Made by a program: the position numbers and the translations under genes
In this document: piece after piece, positions 18,279 to 27,982 of the stretch
Numbering within the stretch: position 1 is the first letter of the stretch
How the letters are laid out: every line of letters begins with the position of its first letter
Notes under the pieces: generated by a model
Told to the model about the DNA's origin: nothing
Database searches by the model: none
What the model saw: only the letters and a program-made list of their open reading frames with translations
DNA from: Candidatus Aminicenantes bacterium
GTDB taxonomy: Bacteria > Acidobacteriota > Aminicenantia > Aminicenantales > JAFGBC01
NCBI GenBank assembly: GCA_963702005.1
Contig: OY969696.1
Location: 3,840,001 to 3,904,000, forward strand
Direction of reading: 5' to 3'
Length of the DNA: 64,000 nucleotides

Positions 18279-21200
18279 ATGAGGACGAGGGAAAAAACGA
18301 AGCGGATAGGCTGGGTCGCCGTTGTCATGACTCTGCTGGGAACATGGGCCGCGGGAGCCCAGAACTCCGGCGATGCCCTCGAGCGCGGCTTCAAAAACCC
18401 GCCGGATAGCGCCAAACCGCGCGTTTGGTGGCACTGGATGAACGGCAACATCACCAAGGACGGGATCAAGGCCGATCTGGAATGGATGAAGCGCGTCGGG
18501 ATCGGCGGCTTCCAGAACTTCGACGCCGCGCTCAATACGCCGCAGGTCGTCGAGAAACGGCTTATCTACATGACGCCGGAGTGGAAGGACGCGTTCAAAT
18601 ACGCCGCCACCCTGGCCGACCAATTGGGTCTGGAGATGGCTATCGCGGGATCACCCGGCTGGAGCGAGACCGGAGGCCCTTGGGTGCCGCCCGCCCAGGC
18701 GATGAAGAAGCTGGTCTGGAGCGAGACCCGTCTGGAGGGCGGCCGGCCGTTCAAAGGCGTTCTGCCCAGGCCTCCATCCACGACCGGACCATTCCAAAAC
18801 ATCGGGCGCGGAGGATCCGGTGGCGGAACATCCGCGCCCCCTCCCGAATATTATGGCGACAGCGCGGTCGTCGCTTATCGCCTGCCGGACGGCGATCTCT
18901 CGATGGCCGAGCTGCAGCCGATAGTGTCCTGCAGCGGCGGTCAATTCGAACTGGCCGGACTGACCGACGGCGACCTGGCGAAAACCCTCTTTCTGCCCGC
19001 CGCGCCCGTTGACCAGAAGGCTTGGATCCAGTTCGAGTTCGATAAGCCTCAGGCCGTTCGGGGTCTAAGCATCGTGGCTTATTACACCGAGAGGAGAGGC
19101 GAAAGCAGCCAGGCCTTGGAAGCCAGCGACGACGGCCGGCAATTTCGAACGATCGAAACGATCCCGGGCGGCGAAACGCCCCAACGAACCATTACGTTTC
19201 CCGCGGTCGCCGCCAAATTCTTCCGCTTGACGTTCAAGACGCCTCAGCCTCCCGCGGCCGGCCGGGGCGGACCGGTCAGCGGCGCGCCCGCGGAACCGGC
19301 CGGGACGAAGATTGCCGAGATCATTCTGCACACAGGAGCGCGGGTGAATAGGTTCGAGGAGAAGGCGGCTTTTTCGGCGGCGACCAACCTTGACAGCCTC
19401 GCGACGCCTACCGTTCAGATCCAAGACGCCGTGCGCAAAGCCGACGTCGTCGACTTGACTTCGAAGATGCGCCGGGACGGCAGGCTGGACTGGACGCCGC
19501 CGGCCGGCCGCTGGATCGTCCTGCGGCTGGGCTACTCGCTGACCGGCGCCCGCAACGCCCCGGCTTCGCCCGAAGCGACCGGCCTGGAGGTGGACAAGCT
19601 CAACCGCGGCCACGTCGAGGCCTATCTCAACAATTATCTGGGCCGGTATAAGGACATGCTGGGCGCTCTGATGGGCAAGCGCGGCCTGCAATTCGTGATC
19701 ACGGACAGTTGGGAAGCCGGAGTTCAGAATTGGACCGAAGATATGATCTCGGAATTCGCCAAGCGCCGCGGGTATGACCCGCGTCCCTGGCTCCCGGTCC
19801 TGACCGGCCGCGTGGTGGAGAGCGCGGAATCGAGCGACCGCTTCCTCTGGGATCTCCGCAAGACCATCGGCGACCTGACGACGGAATACCACTACGACCA
19901 GATCTCCGCCTCTTTGCACAAGCTCGGGATGGGCCGCTATACAGAATCTCACGAATCCGGGCGGGCTTTCATCGGAGACGGGATGGAAGTGAAGCGGAAC
20001 GCCGAGATCCCCATGAGCGCGCTGTGGACGCCGGAAAGCTCCAGTGACGAGCCGCCCGGGTACAGCGTCGATATCCGCGAGTCGGCTTCCGTGGCTCACA
20101 TCTACGGCCAGAATCTCGTGGCCGCGGAATCGCTGACGGCCTACGGAGGCAGACGGGGCGCATGGAGTTGGTCTCCCGAAACGCTGAAACCGACCGCGGA
20201 CACGGAGCTGGCGATGGGCCTGAACCGCTTCGTCCTCCACACGTCGGTTCATCAGCCGGTATCGGACAAAATCCCGGGCCTCTCGCTCGGGCCGTTCGGT
20301 CAGTGGTTCACGCGGCACGAAACCTGGGCCGAGTTTGCCAAGCCCTGGACGACATATCTGGCCCGCAGCTGCTACATGCTCCAACAGGGAAAGTTCGTCG
20401 CCGACGTGCTCTACTTCTACGGCGAGGACTCCAACATCACGGCCCTCTTTGAAGAGAAGCCCCCGGATATCCCCGCCGGCTACAATTTCGACTTCATCAA
20501 CGCCGATGCGATCATGCACCGCCTGTCCGCGGAAGGCGGACGGATCACGACGCCGAGCGGCATGAGCTACGCCGTGCTGGCCCTCGATGCCAACAGCCTG
20601 CGCATGACCCTGCCCGTCCTGCGCAAGATCCGCGAGCTGGTGGGCGCGGGCGCCGCGGTCGTGGGTTCCAAACCCGTCGACTCTCCGAGCTTGAGCGACA
20701 ATCAAGCGGAGTTCCGTTCCATCGCCGACGAGCTCTGGGGTTCGGGCGAGGGCGAACGGTCTTACGGCCAGGGCAAGATCTATACGGGGCAGACGATCGG
20801 ACAGGCGTTGGCCGCCTTGGGAGTGGAGCCTGACTTCGAATACACCAAGCCGCGGGCGGACACGAAACTCCTGTTCGTGCACCGCAAGCTGGCCGACGGC
20901 GACGTCTTCTGGATTGACAACCGCGACAAACGCGCGGAGACGCTGGAAGCGAGCTTCCGGGTCCAGGGGAAGGATGCGGAGCTTTGGCATGCCGACACCG
21001 GCGAGGCGGAGCCGGCCCCTTACTTGATCGCGAACGGCCGCACCACCGTGCCGTTGCGCCTCGATCCTTATGACGCGGTGTTCGTCGTATTCCTCAAGCC
21101 GGCCACAACGCAGGCGAGGGCGCTACCGCAGGAGATCGAAACGCCGCTCGGCACGGTGGAGGGTCCTTGGACGGTCCGTTTCCAGGCTGAGCGCGGGGCG

Positions 21201-21635
21201 CCCGCGCAGATCACGCTCGACGCGTTGACCTCGTGGAGCGAGAGCGCCGACGCGGGCGTCAGGTACTTCTCCGGCACGGGAACCTACATCAAGACCTTCC
21301 AGGCGCCGGCCGATTGGATGAAGTCCGGCGCGCGGCTGTGGCTCGATCTCGGCGACGTGAAAAACCTGGCCGAGGTGTCGGTCAACGGCCGGCCGCTGGG
21401 CATCGTCTGGAAAGCGCCTTTCCGGGTCGAGGTGACCGGGACGATCAAACCGGGCCCGAACGAATTGCAGGTCAAGGTGACGAACCTGTGGGTGAACCGG
21501 CTGATCGGCGACCAGCAGCCCGACGCGGCGAAGAAGTTCACCTACACAACGCAGCCGTTCTATCGGGCCGACTCGCCGCTGTTGCCGTCAGGACTTCTGG
21601 GACCGGTGCGGATCCTGCGGTCCGCGACGGAGTAG
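18279..21635 (+). CDS. GH106 alpha-L-rhamnosidase-like glycoside hydrolase with inserted F5/8 type C (discoidin-like) domain
   Basis: AAGGAG RBS; 'PPDSAKPRVWWHWMNGNITKDGIKADLEWMKRVGIGG', 'GLEVDKL', 'TDSWEAG', 'VAAESLT', 'SGLLGPV'; insert 'WIQFEF...LEASDDG...FFRL'. Confidence 0.9.
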   Translation: MRTREKTKRIGWVAVVMTLLGTWAAGAQNSGDALERGFKNPPDSAKPRVWWHWMNGNITKDGIKADLEWMKRVGIGGFQNFDAALNTPQVVEKRLIYMTPEWKDAFKYAATLADQLGLEMAIAGSPGWSETGGPWVPPAQAMKKLVWSETRLEGGRPFKGVLPRPPSTTGPFQNIGRGGSGGGTSAPPPEYYGDSAVVAYRLPDGDLSMAELQPIVSCSGGQFELAGLTDGDLAKTLFLPAAPVDQKAWIQFEFDKPQAVRGLSIVAYYTERRGESSQALEASDDGRQFRTIETIPGGETPQRTITFPAVAAKFFRLTFKTPQPPAAGRGGPVSGAPAEPAGTKIAEIILHTGARVNRFEEKAAFSAATNLDSLATPTVQIQDAVRKADVVDLTSKMRRDGRLDWTPPAGRWIVLRLGYSLTGARNAPASPEATGLEVDKLNRGHVEAYLNNYLGRYKDMLGALMGKRGLQFVITDSWEAGVQNWTEDMISEFAKRRGYDPRPWLPVLTGRVVESAESSDRFLWDLRKTIGDLTTEYHYDQISASLHKLGMGRYTESHESGRAFIGDGMEVKRNAEIPMSALWTPESSSDEPPGYSVDIRESASVAHIYGQNLVAAESLTAYGGRRGAWSWSPETLKPTADTELAMGLNRFVLHTSVHQPVSDKIPGLSLGPFGQWFTRHETWAEFAKPWTTYLARSCYMLQQGKFVADVLYFYGEDSNITALFEEKPPDIPAGYNFDFINADAIMHRLSAEGGRITTPSGMSYAVLALDANSLRMTLPVLRKIRELVGAGAAVVGSKPVDSPSLSDNQAEFRSIADELWGSGEGERSYGQGKIYTGQTIGQALAALGVEPDFEYTKPRADTKLLFVHRKLADGDVFWIDNRDKRAETLEASFRVQGKDAELWHADTGEAEPAPYLIANGRTTVPLRLDPYDAVFVVFLKPATTQARALPQEIETPLGTVEGPWTVRFQAERGAPAQITLDALTSWSESADAGVRYFSGTGTYIKTFQAPADWMKSGARLWLDLGDVKNLAEVSVNGRPLGIVWKAPFRVEVTGTIKPGPNELQVKVTNLWVNRLIGDQQPDAAKKFTYTTQPFYRADSPLLPSGLLGPVRILRSATE

Positions 21636-21657
21636 AAAAAGGCGCCCTGAAACGGTT

Positions 21658-21713
21658 CAAAATCAGGGAAAAAGGGGATGTTGGTTGGTGGAGCTGATAG
21701 GATTTGAACCCAC
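21658..21713 (-). repeat. Direct repeat of the tRNA-Ala 3' end plus trailer (att-like site)
   Basis: 21686-21713 TGGTGGAGCTGATAGGATTTGAACCCAC matches 31234-31261 at 27/28; the adjacent 21658-21685 resembles 31204-31233. Confidence 0.9.
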
Positions 21714-21750
21714 TTCGAACATCATTCCCGGATGGATCTAGGGGGGCACG

Positions 21751-24700
21751 TCAGCTTCCCAAAGCCGCTAGCCGTTTCTTCGCATCCGGAACCTCGGGCA
21801 GGCCGGGGTCGGCGTCTTTCCAGAGGTCGAGGAATTTGCGGAAGTTCTGGCTGGCGCGCGCCTTATCCCCCTGCCGCTCGGCGATCCTTCCTAGCATGTA
21901 GTACGCCTTGGCGTAGAGATCGCCGTCGGCAACCCGGCCGAATGTAAGAAGCGTAATTTTTTCGTATCCCTTGCGAGCCTCGTCCAGGTCTCCCGATTCA
22001 TAAAGGGCTCGGGCGAGATTATTAAAGAAGGAGGCGTATTCGACGCTCCATTCGGTTTCGAAATCAAGGCGGCCACATGCTCTTCCAAAGAGATCTGCGG
22101 CTTGGCGATAGTTCTTCTTCCCAAATTCGATCAGCCCGAGGATGTACTCGTACCACCGGAGCTCCTTTATGTTGATGCCCTTCTCGATTAAAGACTTCAG
22201 CTCCCCGGCCGTCTTTTGGGCTTCAGCGAAGGATCTGATTTCCGCCTGAATTCTTCCTTTCCAGAAAAGATCACCTTTTTGTTGACTGGGCAAATAGGGC
22301 AGGCTGGTTTCTGCGGCCGATTTTCGATACTCGGCGGAGAGCTTCAGATACTGGTCAAAGGCTCGAGAGGCTTCCTCATAGCGTCCGGCTTTTTCCAACG
22401 CCCATGACAACCCTCCATAGGCATTAGCTTCGTTCCCTTTATCCCCTTTTGACTTCTCAAGATTCTGGCGGCTAATGTTGACGTTCTCTTCGAATTTTCC
22501 GCGAATCAGAAGAAGTGCATCCTTGCCTAAGATTTTCTCCGCCCCGGCAAAATCGTCTTTACAGAAAAGGACACGGCCTTTGAGTTCTTTATTCGAAGGG
22601 TTCAGGAGATAGAGTTTTTCCGCCTCCGTCAGAGCCGGGTCGAATTCCCTCCGGCACAAATAGCTGGTAAATAACGCCTCGCGAACGTAGCTATTATCCT
22701 CGACATCCTGGAGGAAGGACCGACAGACGTCCTCTGCTTTCTGATAGAGGCCCTTTCTCATATAGGCTATCGCCAGGTTCCCCGTGTTGACGGCTGTTCT
22801 TAGGCTTTGAACACAGAATTCATATCCCTCTATCGCCCTGTCAACATCGCCGACTTCGTCATAAGCATAGGCCAACCAGTAGGCTCCAAGCTCGTGATGG
22901 GGGTAGATCTTCAGTAATCTTTCCAGGACCTCGATAGCTTTTGCATAGTCTTCTTCACAATGATACCAGTTGGCTTCGATTAACAGCCGCTCATTTTCAG
23001 AAAGGCGGTCGCTCAGCTCCAGGGCTTTTTTAAGGTATTTCCGGTATATGGCAAAGTCGTTCCTCTGCATGGCCAGAGATCTGTAGGCCATGGCGAATTC
23101 GGGGTCTATCTCCACCGCTTTCTCAAAAAAGGGGACGCCTTGCTCGCCTTCTCCCTTGCATATGTATCTGCGGCCTTCGACGTAATACTTGAGGGCTTCG
23201 GGAGAAGAGGTTGTGATTTTGTCGGCCTCTTTTCCGATGTCGCCGGCAATCTGGGCCGCCGTGAGATTAAGCCCCTCCTTGACCTGACGCGTCAGCTCAT
23301 CCACTTTGACGATGATGTCTTTTTCGTTGTTGGCCTCCAGCCTGAGAGGGCTGGAGCTTTCGCCCGTGCCCGGCTTCTGAAGCCCGGCCGTGATTATGAA
23401 ACTCTCGCCCGCCTTGATGAAGCTGCCCCTGAGCACATGGGTCGCCCGGCATTGGGCAGCGATCTTTTCGATGTCCTCGGAGGAATATTTTCGAGCTTCG
23501 GCCAGGCCGAGTCTCTTGAGGATTGTGAACATTTCCTCGCTGGTTACGACTCGGATAAATTTGGATTGTTGGAGGTCCTCGATGAGAAGTTCAGCCAAAG
23601 CGTCGCGCCAACTATCTAATTTCGCGTCTCCGGACTTGTTCTCGAAATAAAGGACGGCGAGACTCGGCTGGCCGGAGGCGGAAGGCGACGCGAGAGGCTT
23701 TTTTGAGGGTATGATGCGCCAAAGGAACACTCCCGCGATGATGAGAACAAGCAGCGCAGCGGCCGGAATAAGAAGCTTCTTCGGCGTGAACTTCAGGGTG
23801 ATCTCCCGCGAGGTCATCGGCTTGCTCTCAGGGACGACCCGCTCCGTCGTCGGGATGCCCTTTTCGATCTTCTCCAGCTCGGAATGGACGTCGGAGGCGC
23901 CTTGGTATCTCTTTGTCTTATCTTTATCCAGGCATTTCAGGATGACCCCACTCAAGTCGTCGGGGATAAGCGGGTTGAGCTGTTTTGGATTCTTGGGAGC
24001 TTCCCCCTTATGCTTCATCGCGATGCTGAGGGCCGTCTCCCCCGTGAACGGCACATGGCTCGTGGCCATCTCGTAAAGGATGATCCCCAGGGAATAGATA
24101 TCCGAGCGCTGGTCCACGTCCTTGGCCTCGGCCTGTTCCGGGCTCATGTACTCCGGCGTCCCGATCATCACCCCCGCCCCGGTGATTCCCTTCTCCCGGA
24201 CCGAGCGGGCGATCCCAAAGTCCATGATCTTGGCGTTCCCGCCCTTGTCGATCATGATGTTCTGCGGCTTCAGGTCCCGGTGGACGACGCCAAGGCTATG
24301 GGCTTCGGCCAGGCCGTCGCAAACCTGCTTGCCGACGCTCAGCACCATCCCGATGCTCAGGCTGCCCGACATCCGGATCATGCTTTTCAGGTCCTCGCCC
24401 GAGACATACTCCATGGTGATGAAGTGGGCGCCTTCGGCCTCGCTCAGGTCGAACATCTTGCAGACGTTCCGGTGCCCAATCCTGCGCGACAGCCGGATCT
24501 CATTGCTGAAGCGCTCAATCGTGTCCTCGTCCGAGGCGATCTCGGGCTTGATCAGCTTGAGGGCTATCTTTTCCTTGATCTTGGTGTCGAAGACCTTATA
24601 AACCCGCCCCATGCCGCCGTGGCCCAGCTCCTCGATGACCTGGTAACGGCCGGCAAAGGTCGAGCCTGTGGTGAGCTCTATGATGGGCGTGCCTACGGTC

Positions 24701-24807
24701 TCGGTTCTGGAGTCAGGAGTATCCTTGGACGGAGGAAGCGGCGTCGCACATTTACCGCAATAGTTGGTATCGGCGGGATTATCAAAGTGACACTTGGGGC
24801 ATTTCAT
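21751..24807 (-). CDS. Ser/Thr protein kinase (zinc ribbon, kinase, TM, TolB-N/CsgG-like, TPR), paralogue K1
   Basis: CPKC...CGKC; GHGGMG; HRDLKPQN; DFG; YMSPEQ; TM; 'LAVLYFEN'; TPRs; tail [15 protein letters not shown]. Confidence 0.93.
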   Translation of the reverse strand: MKCPKCHFDNPADTNYCGKCATPLPPSKDTPDSRTETVGTPIIELTTGSTFAGRYQVIEELGHGGMGRVYKVFDTKIKEKIALKLIKPEIASDEDTIERFSNEIRLSRRIGHRNVCKMFDLSEAEGAHFITMEYVSGEDLKSMIRMSGSLSIGMVLSVGKQVCDGLAEAHSLGVVHRDLKPQNIMIDKGGNAKIMDFGIARSVREKGITGAGVMIGTPEYMSPEQAEAKDVDQRSDIYSLGIILYEMATSHVPFTGETALSIAMKHKGEAPKNPKQLNPLIPDDLSGVILKCLDKDKTKRYQGASDVHSELEKIEKGIPTTERVVPESKPMTSREITLKFTPKKLLIPAAALLVLIIAGVFLWRIIPSKKPLASPSASGQPSLAVLYFENKSGDAKLDSWRDALAELLIEDLQQSKFIRVVTSEEMFTILKRLGLAEARKYSSEDIEKIAAQCRATHVLRGSFIKAGESFIITAGLQKPGTGESSSPLRLEANNEKDIIVKVDELTRQVKEGLNLTAAQIAGDIGKEADKITTSSPEALKYYVEGRRYICKGEGEQGVPFFEKAVEIDPEFAMAYRSLAMQRNDFAIYRKYLKKALELSDRLSENERLLIEANWYHCEEDYAKAIEVLERLLKIYPHHELGAYWLAYAYDEVGDVDRAIEGYEFCVQSLRTAVNTGNLAIAYMRKGLYQKAEDVCRSFLQDVEDNSYVREALFTSYLCRREFDPALTEAEKLYLLNPSNKELKGRVLFCKDDFAGAEKILGKDALLLIRGKFEENVNISRQNLEKSKGDKGNEANAYGGLSWALEKAGRYEEASRAFDQYLKLSAEYRKSAAETSLPYLPSQQKGDLFWKGRIQAEIRSFAEAQKTAGELKSLIEKGINIKELRWYEYILGLIEFGKKNYRQAADLFGRACGRLDFETEWSVEYASFFNNLARALYESGDLDEARKGYEKITLLTFGRVADGDLYAKAYYMLGRIAERQGDKARASQNFRKFLDLWKDADPGLPEVPDAKKRLAALGS

Positions 24808-24845
24808 CTTCCGCTCTCGAGATCAACCTCGCTCCCTTTTGTAGA

Positions 24846-27800
24846 TCATTTCAACTCAAGGGCCGCCAGCCTCTTCTGCGTGTCCGCGACCTCGGGCAAT
24901 CCCGCATCGGCGTCCTTCCAGAGGTCGAGGAATTTGCGGTAGCTATCGCGGGCCCGTGTCTTGTCCCCTTGCTGCTCGGCGATCTTCCCCAGCATGTAGT
25001 ACGCCCTGGCGTAGATATCTCCATAAGAAAGCCTTCCGATTGTTAGCAGCGTGATCTTTTCATATTCTTTGCGGGCTTTGTCCAGCTCTCCTGATTCGTA
25101 GAGGGCCCGGGCCAGGGCATCAATGAAACTGGCGTGCGCGAAAACACCCAAACCACCATAACCATAATTTTCGAAATCTAGCCGACCGCATGCTCTGCTA
25201 AAGAGATCCGCGGCCTGACGATAGCTCTTCTTTCCGAGGTCGATCAGCCCGAGGATGTATTCATAATTCCGCAGCTCCTTGGTGTTGATGCCTTTCTCGA
25301 TCAAAGATCTCAGCTCTTCGGCCGTCTTTTTGGCTTCATCAAAGGATTTTATTTCCGCCTGGATTTGTCCTTTGGAGAGAAGATCACTCTTCTGCTGGCT
25401 CGGCAAATAGGGCAAGCCGGATTCCCCCGCCGATTTTCGATACTCGGCGGAGAGCCTCAGATACTGACCAAAAGCCTGATAGGCGTCTTCATAACGACCC
25501 GCTATAGATAACGCGCTCGCCAATCCCCTATAGGCTCCGGCCTCCTTTTCTTTGTTCCCTTTCGATTCCTCCAGGCTCCGCCGGCTCAGGTTGACGTGCT
25601 TATTGAATTGTCCGCGAATCATCATCAGAGGAAACGCATCACTGCCTAGGATCTTCTCCGCCCCGGCGAGATCGTCTTTGCAGAATAGAATCCAGCCCAT
25701 GTAATCCTTCAATGTTGGGTCAAGGAGATAGGCTTTTTCCTGCTCGGCAATAGCAAGGTCGAATTGCCTCCGGCAAAGGCAGCTGCAACTTATCATTGAG
25801 TGAACATAAGCATTATCCTCGACATCCTTAAGGAAGGACCGGCAGATATCCTCCGCTTTCTGATAGAACCCTTTGGTCATATAGTAGGAAGCGAGGCCAG
25901 TGACCTGGTCTGACGTTTTTTCGTTTTGGACAACGAACTCCTGGTGTTCGATGGCTTTGTCAAGGTTGCCCGCAACGTAATAGGTTACGCCCAGCCAGCT
26001 GTGTCCCAGCATATGGCCGGGGTAGATCTTCAGTAATCTTTCTAAGACCTCAATGGCTTTCGCATAGTTTTCCTCCCCGACGTTAAGCCAGATGGCTTCG
26101 ATGAGCAACCGCTCATTTTCAGGAAGACGGTCGCTCAGATCAAGGGCCTTCTTGTAGTAATTTCGCGCCTCAGCCATATGCCCAAGCATCTGGTGCGCAA
26201 CGCCCAGGGATCTATAAGCCATGGCGAATTCGGGGTCAGTTGCCACCGCTTTCTCCATATAGGCGATGGATTTTTCGTTTTCCATATTCTCTTGGAGTCT
26301 CCGGCCCTCGATGTAATATTTGAGGGCTTCGGGAGAGGACGTTGTGATTTTTCCTGCCTCTATTTCAATGTCATTGGCAATCTGAGCCGCAGTGAGGTTG
26401 AGCCCCTCCTTTACATGACGCGTTAGCTCGTCCACCTTGGGGATGATGTCTTTCTCGTCACGGGCTTCGAGGCGAATGGCACTCGCACTTTCCCCGGCGC
26501 CGGATTTCTGGAGGCTGGCCGTGATGACGTAAGTCTCCCCGGCCTTGATGAAGTTGCCCCTCAGGACATGGGTGGCCCGGGTTTGAGCGGCGATCTTTTC
26601 TATATCCTCGGAGGAATATTTTCGGGCTTCAGCTAGGCGGAGTCGCTTGAGGACCGTATACATTTCATCCCCGGAGATGACTCGGATGTATTTCGATTGG
26701 GAAAGGTCGGCGATGAGCAGTTCGGCCAGGCCATCGCGCCAGTTATCGAGTTTCGGGTCTCCTGATTTGTTCTCGAAGTACAGAACGGCGAGAGTGGGCC
26801 GGCCGGAGGCGGAAAGCGAAGGGGCGAGTTTTTTTGAGGGGATAACGCGCCATAGGAGCACGCCCGCGATGATTAGAACAAGCAGCGCAGCGACCGGGAT
26901 AAGGAGCTTCTTCGGCGTGAACTTCAGGGTGATCTCCCGCGAAGTCGTTGTCTTTCTCTCGGCTACTAAACGGTCCGTCGTCGGGAGCCCATCCTCGATT
27001 CTTCCGAGTTCGGCCCCGAGTTCGGCCGCGCTCCGGAACCTTTTATCTTCGTCCTTGGCCAGGCATTTGAGGATAACCCGGGCAAGGTCGTCTGATACCT
27101 GGGTGTTGATCTTCTTCGGGTCCTCGGGCGTTTCATACTTTTGCTTGTGCGCGACGCTGATCGGTGTCTCACCGATAAAAGGAAGCCGTCCCGTCACCAT
27201 CTCGTAGAGAATGACCCCCAGGGAATAAATATCCGACCTCTGATCGACTTCTTTGCCCTCGACCTGCTCCGGGCTCATGTACTCGGGTGTGCCGATCATC
27301 ACCCCGGCTCCCGTTATGCTCTTTCCCGAAAGCGAACGGGCGATCCCGAAGTCCATGATCCGGGCCTTGCCGTCCTCGTCCACCATGATGTTCTGAGGCT
27401 TGAGGTCCCGGTGTACAACGCCCAGCTTATGCGCTTCTTCCAGGCCTTCACAGACCTGCCGGGCGATTCCGATCGACTGGCCGGGGCTCAGCCGTCCGAC
27501 CTTCCGAATGAGCTGCTTGAGGTCCTCGCCATGGACATACTCCATGGTGATGTAGCGGGTTCCCTGGTCCTCGCCGAGGTCGAACATCTGGCAGACATTC
27601 TTGTGACGGATCTTCCGGGCGAGCTTGAGCTCGTTCGAAAACCGCTCGAGGGACTTTTTGTCCAGGCCGGCTTCGGGCCGGATGAGCTTCAGGGCGATCT
27701 TCTCGCCGATCTTCGTATCCTGGACTTTATAGACGCGGCCCATGCCGCCGTGGCCCAGCTCCTCGATGATCTGGTAACGCCCGGCGAAGGTCGTACCGGT

Positions 27801-27944
27801 GGTCAGCTCTTTGACGGGCGTCTGCATGGTGTGGGTGCCGGAGCCCTTTGCCCTGGAGCCGGGAGCAGGCGTGAAGCTTGTCCCGCACTCCGCGCAGAAC
27901 CGGGCCGTGTCGGAATTGTCAGAATGACACTTAGGGCACTTCAT
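24846..27944 (-). CDS. Ser/Thr protein kinase (zinc ribbon, kinase, TM, TolB-N/CsgG-like, TPR), paralogue K2
   Basis: Same architecture and catalytic motifs as K1. Confidence 0.93.
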   Translation of the reverse strand: MKCPKCHSDNSDTARFCAECGTSFTPAPGSRAKGSGTHTMQTPVKELTTGTTFAGRYQIIEELGHGGMGRVYKVQDTKIGEKIALKLIRPEAGLDKKSLERFSNELKLARKIRHKNVCQMFDLGEDQGTRYITMEYVHGEDLKQLIRKVGRLSPGQSIGIARQVCEGLEEAHKLGVVHRDLKPQNIMVDEDGKARIMDFGIARSLSGKSITGAGVMIGTPEYMSPEQVEGKEVDQRSDIYSLGVILYEMVTGRLPFIGETPISVAHKQKYETPEDPKKINTQVSDDLARVILKCLAKDEDKRFRSAAELGAELGRIEDGLPTTDRLVAERKTTTSREITLKFTPKKLLIPVAALLVLIIAGVLLWRVIPSKKLAPSLSASGRPTLAVLYFENKSGDPKLDNWRDGLAELLIADLSQSKYIRVISGDEMYTVLKRLRLAEARKYSSEDIEKIAAQTRATHVLRGNFIKAGETYVITASLQKSGAGESASAIRLEARDEKDIIPKVDELTRHVKEGLNLTAAQIANDIEIEAGKITTSSPEALKYYIEGRRLQENMENEKSIAYMEKAVATDPEFAMAYRSLGVAHQMLGHMAEARNYYKKALDLSDRLPENERLLIEAIWLNVGEENYAKAIEVLERLLKIYPGHMLGHSWLGVTYYVAGNLDKAIEHQEFVVQNEKTSDQVTGLASYYMTKGFYQKAEDICRSFLKDVEDNAYVHSMISCSCLCRRQFDLAIAEQEKAYLLDPTLKDYMGWILFCKDDLAGAEKILGSDAFPLMMIRGQFNKHVNLSRRSLEESKGNKEKEAGAYRGLASALSIAGRYEDAYQAFGQYLRLSAEYRKSAGESGLPYLPSQQKSDLLSKGQIQAEIKSFDEAKKTAEELRSLIEKGINTKELRNYEYILGLIDLGKKSYRQAADLFSRACGRLDFENYGYGGLGVFAHASFIDALARALYESGELDKARKEYEKITLLTIGRLSYGDIYARAYYMLGKIAEQQGDKTRARDSYRKFLDLWKDADAGLPEVADTQKRLAALELK

Positions 27945-27982
27945 TTCCCGCTCTTTCTATCAACCTCGCTCCCTCTTGTGGA

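Noticed and set aside
21686-21713. Second tRNA gene
   Set aside because: Only the T-arm and acceptor 3' strand are present; no D-arm or anticodon arm
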